The notes: a model not told the origin generated them from the sequence alone. Counted from the stretch's first letter, positions 8,449 to 17,078 are shown. The stretch is DNA of 32,000 nt from Erysipelothrix larvae (GCF_001545095.1 NZ_CP013213.1:1530001-1562000); one strand, 5' to 3'. Translations and numbers: made by a program.

Positions 8449-9229
8449 GCATAATATAAAGGGCAAAGGATGTGAGTCCTAAACTTATGATAAAAATTAA
8501 AATAAGGGCATATGAGTGATTTTGAAATGGTAAATCAACATTCATGCCATAAAAACTCGTCACTAATGTTGGAATGGATATGACCAAGGTAATGACAGCC
8601 AAACGTTTCATCACAATGTTTAGCTTATTTGAATACAATGCGTTTGAAACATCGAGGATTACGTCAATGATCTCTGATAACATGGAGATGTTTTGATCGA
8701 TCTGTTTCATTTCTATTAAGATGTTCACCGTATCGCATTGTGATGGTTGGGACCAAAGTTGTTTTGGTTTATGGTCTTGTATATAATCGACCACTTCTTT
8801 TATCGCAGTAACTGCCTGTTGGTACAAAATGAGATGGCGTTTCATCAGAATCAATTGGTCCACTTGCATCTTAGTAATGCCATTTCCCATTGTTTCTTGA
8901 AACGCTTCAGATTCAAGATGTATTTTTTGAATCAGTGATTCATAGTGTTCTAAGGTCGTGAATACGAGATCTGTGAAATTAAGTGTTTCAAGATTTTCAA
9001 TCTCGATTGATTCATGGGTATAAATCGTGAGTTCATTTTGAGATTGCTTAATGCATATCGGTTGAACACTGTTTTCATCAAAAGGATAACTCATAATAAT
9101 ATAGGATTCATCATCCAAATCACGAATGTTTGCGAGTGCATTGTGATTCCCTAAATATTTCTTAACATAAAGGGGTAAGTCTAAATCGTTGTAATCGGAG
9201 TATACAATTTGTTTCATAAATTTCACCAT
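8429..9229 (-). CDS. CorA-family divalent cation (Mg2+/Co2+) channel, short form
   Basis: YGMNV (GMN signature) precedes two C-terminal TM helices. The start is ambiguous: GTG 9232, ATG 9229 or ATG 9217. Confidence 0.75.
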   Translation of the reverse strand: MVKFMKQIVYSDYNDLDLPLYVKKYLGNHNALANIRDLDDESYIIMSYPFDENSVQPICIKQSQNELTIYTHESIEIENLETLNFTDLVFTTLEHYESLIQKIHLESEAFQETMGNGITKMQVDQLILMKRHLILYQQAVTAIKEVVDYIQDHKPKQLWSQPSQCDTVNILIEMKQIDQNISMLSEIIDVILDVSNALYSNKLNIVMKRLAVITLVISIPTLVTSFYGMNVDLPFQNHSYALILIFIISLGLTSFALYIMQKRDYL

Positions 9230-9290
9230 CACTTTATCCTATTATATAGCACTTATATCCCAAACATCAATTGTTCTTATCGTCTGAATG

Positions 9291-9316
9291 AAAAGAACCA
9301 CACTGTGGTTCTTTTT
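9291..9316. terminator. Hairpin terminator after the M42 peptidase gene
   Basis: AAAAGAACCACA-C-TGTGGTTCTTTT, flanked by A and T runs, 3 nt beyond the stop at 9319. Confidence 0.65.
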
Positions 9317-9318
9317 GA

Positions 9319-10350
9319 TTAGAATCCTGTTTCTAAATAAGCGATCCCTAAGCGAATGGTACTTTCAATCGCTTCTGTATGGGTTCTTTCATAGCTGTGT
9401 GATGCGTCAACACCTGGTCCAATGAGTCCAACGCGAACATCGTGTCCAGCCCGTTGTGCAGCCGATCCATCCGATCCATAGAATGGGTAAATATCCACTT
9501 TATAAGGAATATCATGGGCTTTACATAAAGCAATCAAGCGTTTTTTCATGCCGTAGTCATAAGGACCTGTACTGTCTTTTGCACAGATTGTTACGGAGTA
9601 CTCATCACTTGTTTGACCACTTCCAGGTGCAGACATGTCAAGTGCCAAAAGTTCAACGGTATCGCTTGGAATTCGTGAGGATGCACCATGACCCACTTCT
9701 TCATAATTAGAAATAAAGAAATGTGTTGTGTGTTTTGGTTTTGTGTTAGTGGAAGTAAAGTGTTTCGCAATTTCAAAACAAGCAATCACGCAGGCTTTAT
9801 CATCCAAATGGCGGGATTTAATAAATCCTGAAGGTGTCACAGTGGTGCGCGGGTCAAGGTGTACAAAATCCCCCACTTCAATCCCTAAGTCTAGGACATC
9901 TTGCTTTGTAAATACTTTTTCATCGATACGTACACGTAAAGATTGTTCATTGCGCTCTGTGCTGTTTGTTTTTGAACCATGCACATGGGACGAGGCAACA
10001 TTTGTAATGATTTGGCCACTGTAAAAGACACCATCCACTGTTTCGATAGAAACATGTTCACCTTCAATGGTTGTCCATGCATACCCACCAATTTGAGAGA
10101 GTTTTAAATAACCATCTGACGTGATTTCTTTGACCACACATCCAAGGGTATCGATGTGTGCAGACAGTGTCAGCGCTTCTTGGGTATTTTCTCCTTCAAG
10201 TGTGGCAATGAGTGCTCCTTTATGCGTCAGTTGGGTTACAAGACCCAATTCATCAAATCGAGCCTTTACAGCCCTTATTGCTTCTTCAGAGTGTCCTGTC
10301 GGGCTTTTGGTATTGAGTAGTGTTACTAAGTCATTGATATATGCTTTCAT
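9319..10350 (-). CDS. M42 family metallopeptidase (glutamyl aminopeptidase / YsdC-FrvX-like)
   Basis: Motifs LSAHIDTLG, HLDDKACV and NYEEVGHGAS are typical of M42 metal ligands. I prefer ATG 10350 (AGGAG 5 nt upstream) over the track's TTG at 10410. Confidence 0.8.
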   Translation of the reverse strand: MKAYINDLVTLLNTKSPTGHSEEAIRAVKARFDELGLVTQLTHKGALIATLEGENTQEALTLSAHIDTLGCVVKEITSDGYLKLSQIGGYAWTTIEGEHVSIETVDGVFYSGQIITNVASSHVHGSKTNSTERNEQSLRVRIDEKVFTKQDVLDLGIEVGDFVHLDPRTTVTPSGFIKSRHLDDKACVIACFEIAKHFTSTNTKPKHTTHFFISNYEEVGHGASSRIPSDTVELLALDMSAPGSGQTSDEYSVTICAKDSTGPYDYGMKKRLIALCKAHDIPYKVDIYPFYGSDGSAAQRAGHDVRVGLIGPGVDASHSYERTHTEAIESTIRLGIAYLETGF

Positions 10351-10472
10351 ACGCGCTCCTTTTTGTTTCCCCACTAAAGTCTTCCTTATAAGTATCTCAC
10401 TTTGAAACAAACGATGTCAATGCACTTTTTTTAGGGTTTTGAGTAAATCTTAAGGGGCTTCATGTCAATGGT

Positions 10473-10498
10473 AAAGAAAAAGCATCAAATGATGCTTT
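10473..10498 (-). terminator. Rho-independent terminator of the M23 peptidase gene
   Basis: AAAGCATC-AAAT-GATGCTTT overlaps the stop codon, followed on the minus strand by TTTTCTTT. Confidence 0.7.
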
Positions 10499-12032
10499 AA
10501 CATGATAAGTAGCCACATGGATTGCGTCTGACGCCATTCACAATGATTTCAAAGTGCAAGTGAGGTCCAGTTGTGATGCCCGTCATTCCGACATACCCAA
10601 TTTGTTCACCTTGTAGAACTGTTTGTCCGACTCTAAAGTATCCCGGTGAATCAAGATGGGCATACAATGTCTTATAGCCATTGTTGTGGTTGATGACCAC
10701 ATAATATCCATAACCACTTTGGTAGGTATTGGTTTCGACGACGCCTCGATCTGAAGCATAGATTGGACCATACCCTCTGTTTGATCGCGATTGAATATCA
10801 ATCCCTTGATGCCCAGCATAACATCCCCAACCACATGATATTTTTGAGTTAATCATTGGCATTCTGAAGTTACCCGTTCCGACGCGTGGTTCTACATAAG
10901 TCCCCACGTAAATGACTTCACGTACAGGTTCTACAGTCGTCTTAGAACTGAGTCGTTTTGAACTTACCGCAATATCGTTTTCATAAACATCTTCATATAA
11001 GACATCTTCTGAACCCAATTTACCCGCTTGAGAAACACGGGTTAACCCTTCTCTAAGTGAAGGATCTTCAATATAGAGTGTGCTTTCTGGGTAGAGTGTT
11101 TCTGATGTTAAACGTTGTTGGGTAACACGTACGGTAAGTGGCGAATTAATGCGCGTAACTTCGAGTTGTGTTCCTGGTTTCAAGACCTGATTGATGCTCT
11201 TTAGTTGGTCTGAGTTAATTGATAGTAATTGTTGCGATGACATTTGATTTAGCCATGCGATTCCTTCAATGGTATCAAATTCTTCAACCGTATACGATTT
11301 TGATTCAAAATCATACCCAAAACTTAAGAAGTTAAGAATTTCTTTCTCATTGGTTTTGATGTCATCAAGTGGTGCATATCCTTCAGAAAACACCAAGGAT
11401 TCTAACACTTCAAATCCGACGGTTTTTGTACCATAGTCGTTGAGATTTGGAACCGTTTCACCACTAGCAAGAATGCTTAATTCCTCACCCGATACATACC
11501 CTGAAATAAAGGTGTTTCGAGCATTTTCAAAATCTTCTAGATTCTTACAATAAATCACCGCACCATTGGAAAACTCAATCTTGTTTGCTTTAATTGATAA
11601 TAGATTGTTTTCAGATAAGTACCCAACGATTTGTTGATCAATGTTCTCATACACGTTATAACTTTTATGCTCAACGGTATAGATGTCATCTGAGTAATTC
11701 AATTGACTGTTTGGAAAATGTGCTTCAAAATCCGCTGTATAAATCTCATTTAGATACGCATTGATTTGAGATTCATCCGTAATAATTCCAACGAGTTGAT
11801 TCTTGTGGTAAAGCTGTGTCGCAACATATGGATTTGATAATTGCGAGATTACATCTTGACTAAATACAGATTCTGAACTGCGTTGAATCCCATACATTGA
11901 ATTTAATGTGTCCTTGTCACGCTTATTGACCTCAGTCATCACGCCAAGGATTACACTAAACCCTAATATGCCGATCATCAACAAAATCCGTTTGCCTTTT
12001 TCTGAGCTTAATTTTTCTTTAATGTGTATCAC
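10497..12032 (-). CDS. Membrane-anchored M23 (LytM-type) peptidoglycan endopeptidase with LysM-like and G5-like domains
   Basis: N-terminal TM (ILLMIGILGFSVILGV). LysM-like YTVEEFDTIEGIAWLNQMSSQQLLSINS...LKPGTQLEV. G5-like TRVSQAGKLGSEDVLYEDVYENDIAV...REVIYVGT. M23 signatures HQGIDI and GPHLHFEI. The annotated start is GTG with a weak SD, so the start is uncertain. Confidence 0.85.
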   Translation of the reverse strand: MIHIKEKLSSEKGKRILLMIGILGFSVILGVMTEVNKRDKDTLNSMYGIQRSSESVFSQDVISQLSNPYVATQLYHKNQLVGIITDESQINAYLNEIYTADFEAHFPNSQLNYSDDIYTVEHKSYNVYENIDQQIVGYLSENNLLSIKANKIEFSNGAVIYCKNLEDFENARNTFISGYVSGEELSILASGETVPNLNDYGTKTVGFEVLESLVFSEGYAPLDDIKTNEKEILNFLSFGYDFESKSYTVEEFDTIEGIAWLNQMSSQQLLSINSDQLKSINQVLKPGTQLEVTRINSPLTVRVTQQRLTSETLYPESTLYIEDPSLREGLTRVSQAGKLGSEDVLYEDVYENDIAVSSKRLSSKTTVEPVREVIYVGTYVEPRVGTGNFRMPMINSKISCGWGCYAGHQGIDIQSRSNRGYGPIYASDRGVVETNTYQSGYGYYVVINHNNGYKTLYAHLDSPGYFRVGQTVLQGEQIGYVGMTGITTGPHLHFEIIVNGVRRNPCGYLSC

Positions 12033-12228
12033 CCCTATTCATGGTAATCATTTTGCAAATGTTTTGCATGTATAGTTTCGCATAGTTAAATATTGAATGT
12101 CAACGTTATGTGTGAAGGTCCACAAAACTTCACACAGATTTAACGTAAAGGGAAAAATTTGTTTCGTGTTCACGAAGAAAATTTACGTATTTCAACCTTT
12201 ATTGTGTTTTTTATGTGAAATGTGAGAT

Positions 12229-12251
12229 AAAAAAAAGCCAGCAGTGCTGAC
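12229..12251 (-). terminator. Orphaned Rho-independent terminator, probably the original terminator of the dehydrogenase gene at 14806..15798
   Basis: The minus strand reads GTCAGCACTGCTGGC (6-bp stem, one mismatch, 3-nt loop) followed by T8. It abuts the left target-site duplication of the IS. Confidence 0.5.
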
Positions 12252-12259
12252 TTAATTTT
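12252..12259. repeat. Left target-site duplication TTAATTTT of the ISL3-like element
   Basis: Identical 8-mer at 14785..14792 (9 nt if the flanking C is counted). ISL3-family elements typically make 8-bp duplications. Confidence 0.6.
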
Positions 12260-12391
12260 GGATATTAAACTTTACTTGGGGTTTTCACTCGCAACACTAT
12301 TTCTTGGGGTGAGGTAATCTTGCTCTAGCCTCTGTCTTTAAAGAAGTTTGGGGATTTCTGTTGTAAACTGATTATCTTAGACCAGCAGAAT

Positions 12392-12446
12392 AAAAAATCA
12401 CTTTACTTTATGCACAATTAAGTGCTGTATTAAAGTGATTTTTTTT
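12392..12446 (+). terminator. Strong hairpin plus T-run inside the left IS end, upstream of the IS genes
   Basis: ATCACTTTA...TAAAGTGAT (with nested GCAC/GTGC) followed by T8 and preceded by an A-run. Confidence 0.65.
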
Positions 12447-12544
12447 GTATTATTAGTTTAACGAGGTTAATAAAATGGTAGAAACCCCAAGTTTCCAGAC
12501 CTAAGTTTCTACCAATCCAATACCTCCTATAAAGGAGTAAGAAT

Positions 12545-13015
12545 ATGATAACAGTTTTCTCAAACACATTCAATAATAAACAGTTTTCTCAAAAGGAATA
12601 TTACAAATTTCTCAATTCAATTAATCCAAAAACAATACCTTGTCCGTGCTGTTCAAAAACAGATACACTGATTCGTTATGGATACTATCCGAAAACCATA
12701 ATTACTGGGCGATTAACCATTGTCGTAGAAATCGCACGTTTCTTTTGTAATCAATGTAAGAGAACTCATGCAATAATACCAAGTAACTTACTTCCCTATT
12801 TTCAACTGTCTGTACCCACAATTGAAATAATATTAACCCATGAACTTGATAGCACGCTTTTAACTGATATTGATGAATCAACATATATTCGGATAAAAAT
12901 ACGTTTTAACGATTATGAATCGGTGAGACATTTAAGTTATTTGGAACGATTGAATTACTTCATATTATCCACAAAACGGAATATCTATCATTCCGCCATT
13001 ACTTCACCAACATGA
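12545..13015 (+). CDS. IS-encoded zinc-ribbon protein (possibly DUF6431-like transposase accessory protein)
   Basis: 156 aa with an AAAGGAG RBS. CPCC...(34 aa)...CNQC Cys4 pattern, lying inside the IS boundaries. The family name is from memory only. Confidence 0.6.
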   Translation: MITVFSNTFNNKQFSQKEYYKFLNSINPKTIPCPCCSKTDTLIRYGYYPKTIITGRLTIVVEIARFFCNQCKRTHAIIPSNLLPYFQLSVPTIEIILTHELDSTLLTDIDESTYIRIKIRFNDYESVRHLSYLERLNYFILSTKRNIYHSAITSPT

Positions 13016-13107
13016 GAAAAATAGTTTTAACTCCTCAGATTGAATATAATGAAGATGGTTATTTAAATAACAGACAATCATTTTTATATTTAGGAGCAAG
13101 ATACATA

Positions 13108-13152
13108 ATGAAACCTTATCAAAATAGTCAAAGAGAGGCAGGGTTTCTATGA
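13108..13152 (+). CDS. Possible 14-codon uORF (MKPYQNSQREAGFL) translationally coupled to the transposase
   Basis: TAGGAG lies 11 nt upstream of the ATG. Its TGA overlaps the transposase ATG (cTATGA). The transposase's own SD is weak. Confidence 0.25.
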   Translation: MKPYQNSQREAGFL

Positions 13153-14624
13153 ACGCTAATGCCACTCTTTTAAGTAACGAAAAAATTCTTGAATTATTTA
13201 ACTTAGAACACCATCAAGTCCAGAAGATTGATATCAAAGGTCAAAGTGACGCATTGAATGTGTACATTACGCTTCAGGTAGAGGAACAAACATGCCCAAT
13301 TTGTGAAAGCAAAACATCCACAATCAAAGATTATTCTGAAAAGAAGCTTCTCCACTCACTGGTAACACATATACCCTGTTACATTCGTTACCGTGCACGA
13401 CGTTATAAATGCACAACGTGTAATAAATGCTTTTTTGAACACAATCCATTTGCGTATCGAAATATGAAGATTACTCAGCTGACCGTATATAATGTCCTGA
13501 ATGATCTTAAATCGCCACATGAAACGTTTACCACAGTTGCCAATAGATATCGGTTATCTCCCACTACAGTATCATCTATTTTCGATTCCCACGTTTCTGT
13601 CTCCAGACAAAAACTACCCGCTTATCTGCTTATTGATGAATGTTATGCGTACCACAGTGATCGCAGTGATTATGTATGCGTTCTTATTGATGCAATGACA
13701 AAGAATATCGTAGATATATTACCGTCCCGTAAGAAACAAGACTTAGTCGCGTATTTTAGCCAAATCCCCCTTGAAGAACGCAAAGGAGTCTTAGGTATTG
13801 GAATCGACATGTGGTATAGCTATAGAGTCGTCGCAAAACAATTCCTTCCAAACGCGTTTATCAGTGTTGATCGTTTTCATGTTTATAGTGATTTAATGAA
13901 ACGTATCGACTCTATTAGGGTAGACACTATGAAGAAACTAAAACCTCCTAAGAACTGGAAGCAAACAGAAGATAAAGTCAAAAGACAAGAATATTATAAG
14001 CGTGACCAGCAATACTATCTGCTTAAAAAGTTCAACTGGTTACTCTATAAAAACCCCAAAGCAACAACCACAGTTAAAGATAAGAAATACAATATATTTG
14101 ATCCAAATGTACCGAAACAACGCAATAAGAAATTGGGAAAGTTTCTAAACCTTTACGACATAATAGACCTAATTCTTCAAACGAGCAATGGCCTTGAAGA
14201 TGCATATAACATGAAGTTCTTACTCGATCAATTCTTCAATGAATCAAAAGCTGAGAATGCACACGAGAATCTGAACACACTCATCAGAGTGATGGCTCAG
14301 AGTAGAGTTGCATCAATCGTTGATTTTAGCCGAACTTTAGGAAAGTGGAAAAATGAAATTGTCGCAACTTTCAATAAAGTAGAAAAATGCACAAAGGTCA
14401 CAAATAAGAAAACAGGAGAAACCCATTATGAAGTTTCCATAACACACATAAACAGTGCGTTGATTGAGAATCGAAATCGCATAATCAAGCAAATAAAAAA
14501 CAATGCAAGTGGCTATCGTAATTGGGAGCGGTTTAGGAATCGTGTGTTGTATGTGCTTAATGAAGACGCAACATATCGAATTAACCCAATAATTAAAACA
14601 ACCTATGACAAAGGACTCTCTTAA
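13149..14624 (+). CDS. ISL3 family transposase
   Basis: 491 aa. N-terminal zf-ISL3-like CPICES...YKCTTCNKCF. DDE-domain motifs LLIDECY, GIDMW and DRFHV. The C-terminal NSALIENRNRIIKQIKNNASGYRNWERFRNRVLY is typical of ISL3 transposases. Confidence 0.9.
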   Translation: MNANATLLSNEKILELFNLEHHQVQKIDIKGQSDALNVYITLQVEEQTCPICESKTSTIKDYSEKKLLHSLVTHIPCYIRYRARRYKCTTCNKCFFEHNPFAYRNMKITQLTVYNVLNDLKSPHETFTTVANRYRLSPTTVSSIFDSHVSVSRQKLPAYLLIDECYAYHSDRSDYVCVLIDAMTKNIVDILPSRKKQDLVAYFSQIPLEERKGVLGIGIDMWYSYRVVAKQFLPNAFISVDRFHVYSDLMKRIDSIRVDTMKKLKPPKNWKQTEDKVKRQEYYKRDQQYYLLKKFNWLLYKNPKATTTVKDKKYNIFDPNVPKQRNKKLGKFLNLYDIIDLILQTSNGLEDAYNMKFLLDQFFNESKAENAHENLNTLIRVMAQSRVASIVDFSRTLGKWKNEIVATFNKVEKCTKVTNKKTGETHYEVSITHINSALIENRNRIIKQIKNNASGYRNWERFRNRVLYVLNEDATYRINPIIKTTYDKGLS

Positions 14625-14658
14625 GAAATGACTCATTATTGATATACTATAACAAAAA

Positions 14659-14696
14659 GAGGGAAGCTATAGTCATGTGCGACTACGCTTCCCTTT
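14659..14696. terminator. Hairpin inside the right IS end
   Basis: GGGAAGC..TAGTC-N6-GACTA..GCTTCCC. The T-rich tail is better on the minus strand (TCTTTTTGTT) than on the plus strand (TTT). Confidence 0.45.
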
Positions 14697-14784
14697 GGTC
14701 TTTAACAAACTTGTTTGGGGTAACTTACTCCCCAAGTTATTTTATATCATTTTCTGAATTATCCCCAAGTTATTTCAGACCGCC

Positions 14785-14792
14785 TTAATTTT
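14785..14792. repeat. Right target-site duplication TTAATTTT
   Basis: Identical to 12252..12259. It lies 13 nt beyond the stop codon of the dehydrogenase gene. Confidence 0.6.
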
Positions 14793-14805
14793 ATGCATCA
14801 TTTCA

Positions 14806-15798
14806 CTATACAAGTTGGTTCTTTGACTTCCCTGTATCGATGAATTCTTGTAAGTTTTCATATGAGTATTCAACCATATTGCTGACTGCTTCATCGGTAT
14901 AAGACCCAATATGTGGTGTAACAAGTACCCGTGGGTAGAGCGATTGAATCCGCGTCAACAACACATCAAAGTCTTCAGGGCGTGTTAGCTTATTGAAGTA
15001 CTGTGTTTCATTTGCTAAAACATCCGTTGCATAGCCTTGAATCTTCCCTGATTCAACATAAGATAAGATGTCTTCAACTTTTTGAAGCTCACCGCGGGAT
15101 GTGTTAATTAAAATCACACCCTCTTTCATTTTCTCAATTTTTTCTGCATTCAAGAATTCATCATTTGAACCCTTAAAGTATGGCATATGCATTGAGATAA
15201 TATCCGATTCTTTGAGAAGTGTATCCAAATCAACTTGTGTGCATACATCTCCTAAATAATCCTTCTTTACAATATCGTAGCCAATCACATTCGCACCAAT
15301 TCCATGGAAGAGTTGGGCTGCAGTGAAGCCAATTTTCCCTAACCCGATGATTCCAACGGTAGATTTGCGAACTTCCTTACTAAACATAAACTCGTCAATA
15401 ATAAGGTTTCCATCTTTTCCTTTATCCCCCATGTATTGAACATGACGTGATAAGGTCATGGCAAAGGTTAATGCAAGCTCTGCAATTGCATTGGGTGAGT
15501 AAAAGGGTACATAGGCTACTTTAAGTCCTAAATCTTTTGCAGCATCAAGGTCAATATGGTTATAACCCACAGTACGTGTCAACACATACTGTACCCCATA
15601 ATCTTTATAAATCTGAAGGTTTTGACGCGATCCTGGACATCCACCACGAAGCATAACAGCATCGCATCCTTTCGCAAGATGCACTGTCTCATCATTCAAC
15701 ATGGATTCTGTGAGCACTAGATCAAAATTGAAGCGTGCGTTTAAATCTTCAAAGAACGGTCTTTCGACACGTCTCACACCATAACATAATAGTTTCAT
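14806..15798 (-). CDS. D-isomer-specific 2-hydroxyacid dehydrogenase (D-lactate / D-2-hydroxyisocaproate dehydrogenase-like)
   Basis: NAD fold GIIGLGKIG. Catalytic R/E/H contexts NTSRGEL, DVLANE and TPHIGSYT. I prefer ATG 15798 (MKLLCYG..., GGAG RBS) over the track's start at 15837, which would overlap the upstream gene. Confidence 0.85.
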   Translation of the reverse strand: MKLLCYGVRRVERPFFEDLNARFNFDLVLTESMLNDETVHLAKGCDAVMLRGGCPGSRQNLQIYKDYGVQYVLTRTVGYNHIDLDAAKDLGLKVAYVPFYSPNAIAELALTFAMTLSRHVQYMGDKGKDGNLIIDEFMFSKEVRKSTVGIIGLGKIGFTAAQLFHGIGANVIGYDIVKKDYLGDVCTQVDLDTLLKESDIISMHMPYFKGSNDEFLNAEKIEKMKEGVILINTSRGELQKVEDILSYVESGKIQGYATDVLANETQYFNKLTRPEDFDVLLTRIQSLYPRVLVTPHIGSYTDEAVSNMVEYSYENLQEFIDTGKSKNQLV

Positions 15799-15820
15799 AA
15801 ACAAATTCTCCTTTCTTATT

Positions 15821-16864
15821 TTATACAATTCCTGCACTGTGAAGTGCGGTTAATACAAACAACCAGAAAATAATTGCGACAATCGATAATACCGTTGAGA
15901 TGAGTGATGCATTTGATGAGAAGAGTGCTTCTTTATCAAAATTTATTGCATACCCAACCGCTACGGTTGCAGGTGGTGTTGCAAGCATAATAACAATACC
16001 TGTAATCGCAACATAATCAAGGGCTAAAAATCCCATAGACTTAAATACCATCATGACTACAAGCATCAAGGCTGGCATGACGAGAAGTTTCACAAATGAG
16101 TAAACCCAAACATCAATGTCTTTTGTTGCATCAGCAAGTGAGATTTGTGCCAACGTCATCCCAATTGCAAGCCATGCTAGTGGTGAAGATAATGAACCCA
16201 GATAGCTTACAGCACTCATAAACCATGGGAGTGTCTTATCAAGACGTAAAATTGCACCAGTCCATGCAGTATCACCACTGCCAATGGTAACTTGTGGTAA
16301 ACTTCCTTGGAACATCCAAATCATAAATCCTAAGAAAGTACTTAGAATGATTGGATTTAAAATAATTTGACTGAGGTTTTTCTTTTCAAGTTTCAACCCA
16401 GAGAAAAGAATGAATCCATACGAGTATAAGAACACGCGGTATGCAATGTTAAAGAGGTTTGCATAAAGGGTTCCTTCAGTCCCTAAGAACGCTGAAATAA
16501 TTGGAATCCCAAAGAATGTTGTGGATCCAAAAATCGTGAGACCACGCATTGCATCAAGTTTATCCCCTTTATATTTCACCACATAGATGTATGAAAATAC
16601 AATCAGCAATACATATGCTACAAATCCAAAAATAAATGAGTTGAGTCCAATCGTAAATGTTTCAGGACCAATATTGGTCATAAATGCATTGAATGCAAGT
16701 GCTGGTAGGGCAACATTCATTAATACTGCGGTTAAGGCCTTTGGCCCTTGTTCTGTAACCTTCCCCGTTTTTCTCAGGTAATACCCGAGTAAGATAATGG
16801 CGATTGTTGAAAAAATCGCGCCTAAAAAATTGTTATCTGAGATAACTTGTTTGATAATATCCAT
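15821..16864 (-). CDS. AEC (auxin efflux carrier) family permease, malate/organic-acid permease-like
   Basis: 347 aa with about 10 TM helices and the typical AEC N-terminus (FLGAIFSTIAIILLGYYLRK). AGGAGG RBS. Probably co-transcribed with the dehydrogenase (22-nt gap). Confidence 0.75.
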   Translation of the reverse strand: MDIIKQVISDNNFLGAIFSTIAIILLGYYLRKTGKVTEQGPKALTAVLMNVALPALAFNAFMTNIGPETFTIGLNSFIFGFVAYVLLIVFSYIYVVKYKGDKLDAMRGLTIFGSTTFFGIPIISAFLGTEGTLYANLFNIAYRVFLYSYGFILFSGLKLEKKNLSQIILNPIILSTFLGFMIWMFQGSLPQVTIGSGDTAWTGAILRLDKTLPWFMSAVSYLGSLSSPLAWLAIGMTLAQISLADATKDIDVWVYSFVKLLVMPALMLVVMMVFKSMGFLALDYVAITGIVIMLATPPATVAVGYAINFDKEALFSSNASLISTVLSIVAIIFWLFVLTALHSAGIV

Positions 16865-17001
16865 AATATCCTCCTGTGTCCTTTCATTATAAAATCAAAA
16901 TGAAAATGAAGGATTAAATCTAAAAAATATTTTCCTGTTCAAGAAAGAATATTTTAGTGCAAAAAACAAACCGGTCATATTTTGTGAAACAATAAAATTA
17001 G

Positions 17002-17017
17002 TGTGTTAATTTTCACA
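17002..17017. promoter_or_regulatory. Rex/CRP-like inverted repeat TGTGT-N6-TCACA
   Basis: TGTGTTAATTTTCACA lies about 140 nt upstream of the AEC permease start. It matches 10 of 14 specified positions of the Rex consensus TTGTGAA-N4-TTCACAA. A TTGTGAA half-site lies at 16982..16988. Confidence 0.25.
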
Positions 17018-17078
17018 TATATTATAATGTTTAAGATTTTTGGTGATTTCAAGAAGATACTGAGGTATCTTTAGGGAA

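Larger units (their letters stand above)
12260..14784 (+). mobile_element. Intact ISL3-family insertion sequence (about 2.5 kb) with an extra upstream zinc-ribbon ORF
   Basis: The ends GGATATTAAACTTTACTTGGGG and (reverse complement) GGCGGTCTGAAATAACTTGGGG are in identical register: GG termini, ACTTGGGG at nt 15-22, 13 of 22 identical. A second CTTGGGG(T/A)G copy lies inside each end. The element is flanked by an 8-bp direct repeat and encodes an ISL3-type transposase. Confidence 0.75.

Noticed and set aside
9348-10405. Cluster of 61-98 aa ORFs on both strands inside the M42 peptidase gene
   Set aside because: All are nested in, or antisense to, a well-supported CDS. None has a recognisable motif or SD. 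This region is slightly more GC-rich, which lengthens random ORFs.
12032-12032. Alternative start for the M23 peptidase
   Set aside because: The only in-frame start that gives the N-terminal cytoplasmic K-rich tail and TM helix is GTG 12032, with a poor SD (GGGG immediately adjacent). The upstream ATG at about 12042 is out of frame and quickly hits a stop. I kept the track start but flagged the uncertainty.
14337-14636. 99-aa antisense ORF at the 3' end of the transposase gene (the same applies to 12702..12884, 13501..13698 and other nested ORFs in the track)
   Set aside because: They are nested in supported CDSs, lack an RBS and have hydrophobic, low-complexity translations.
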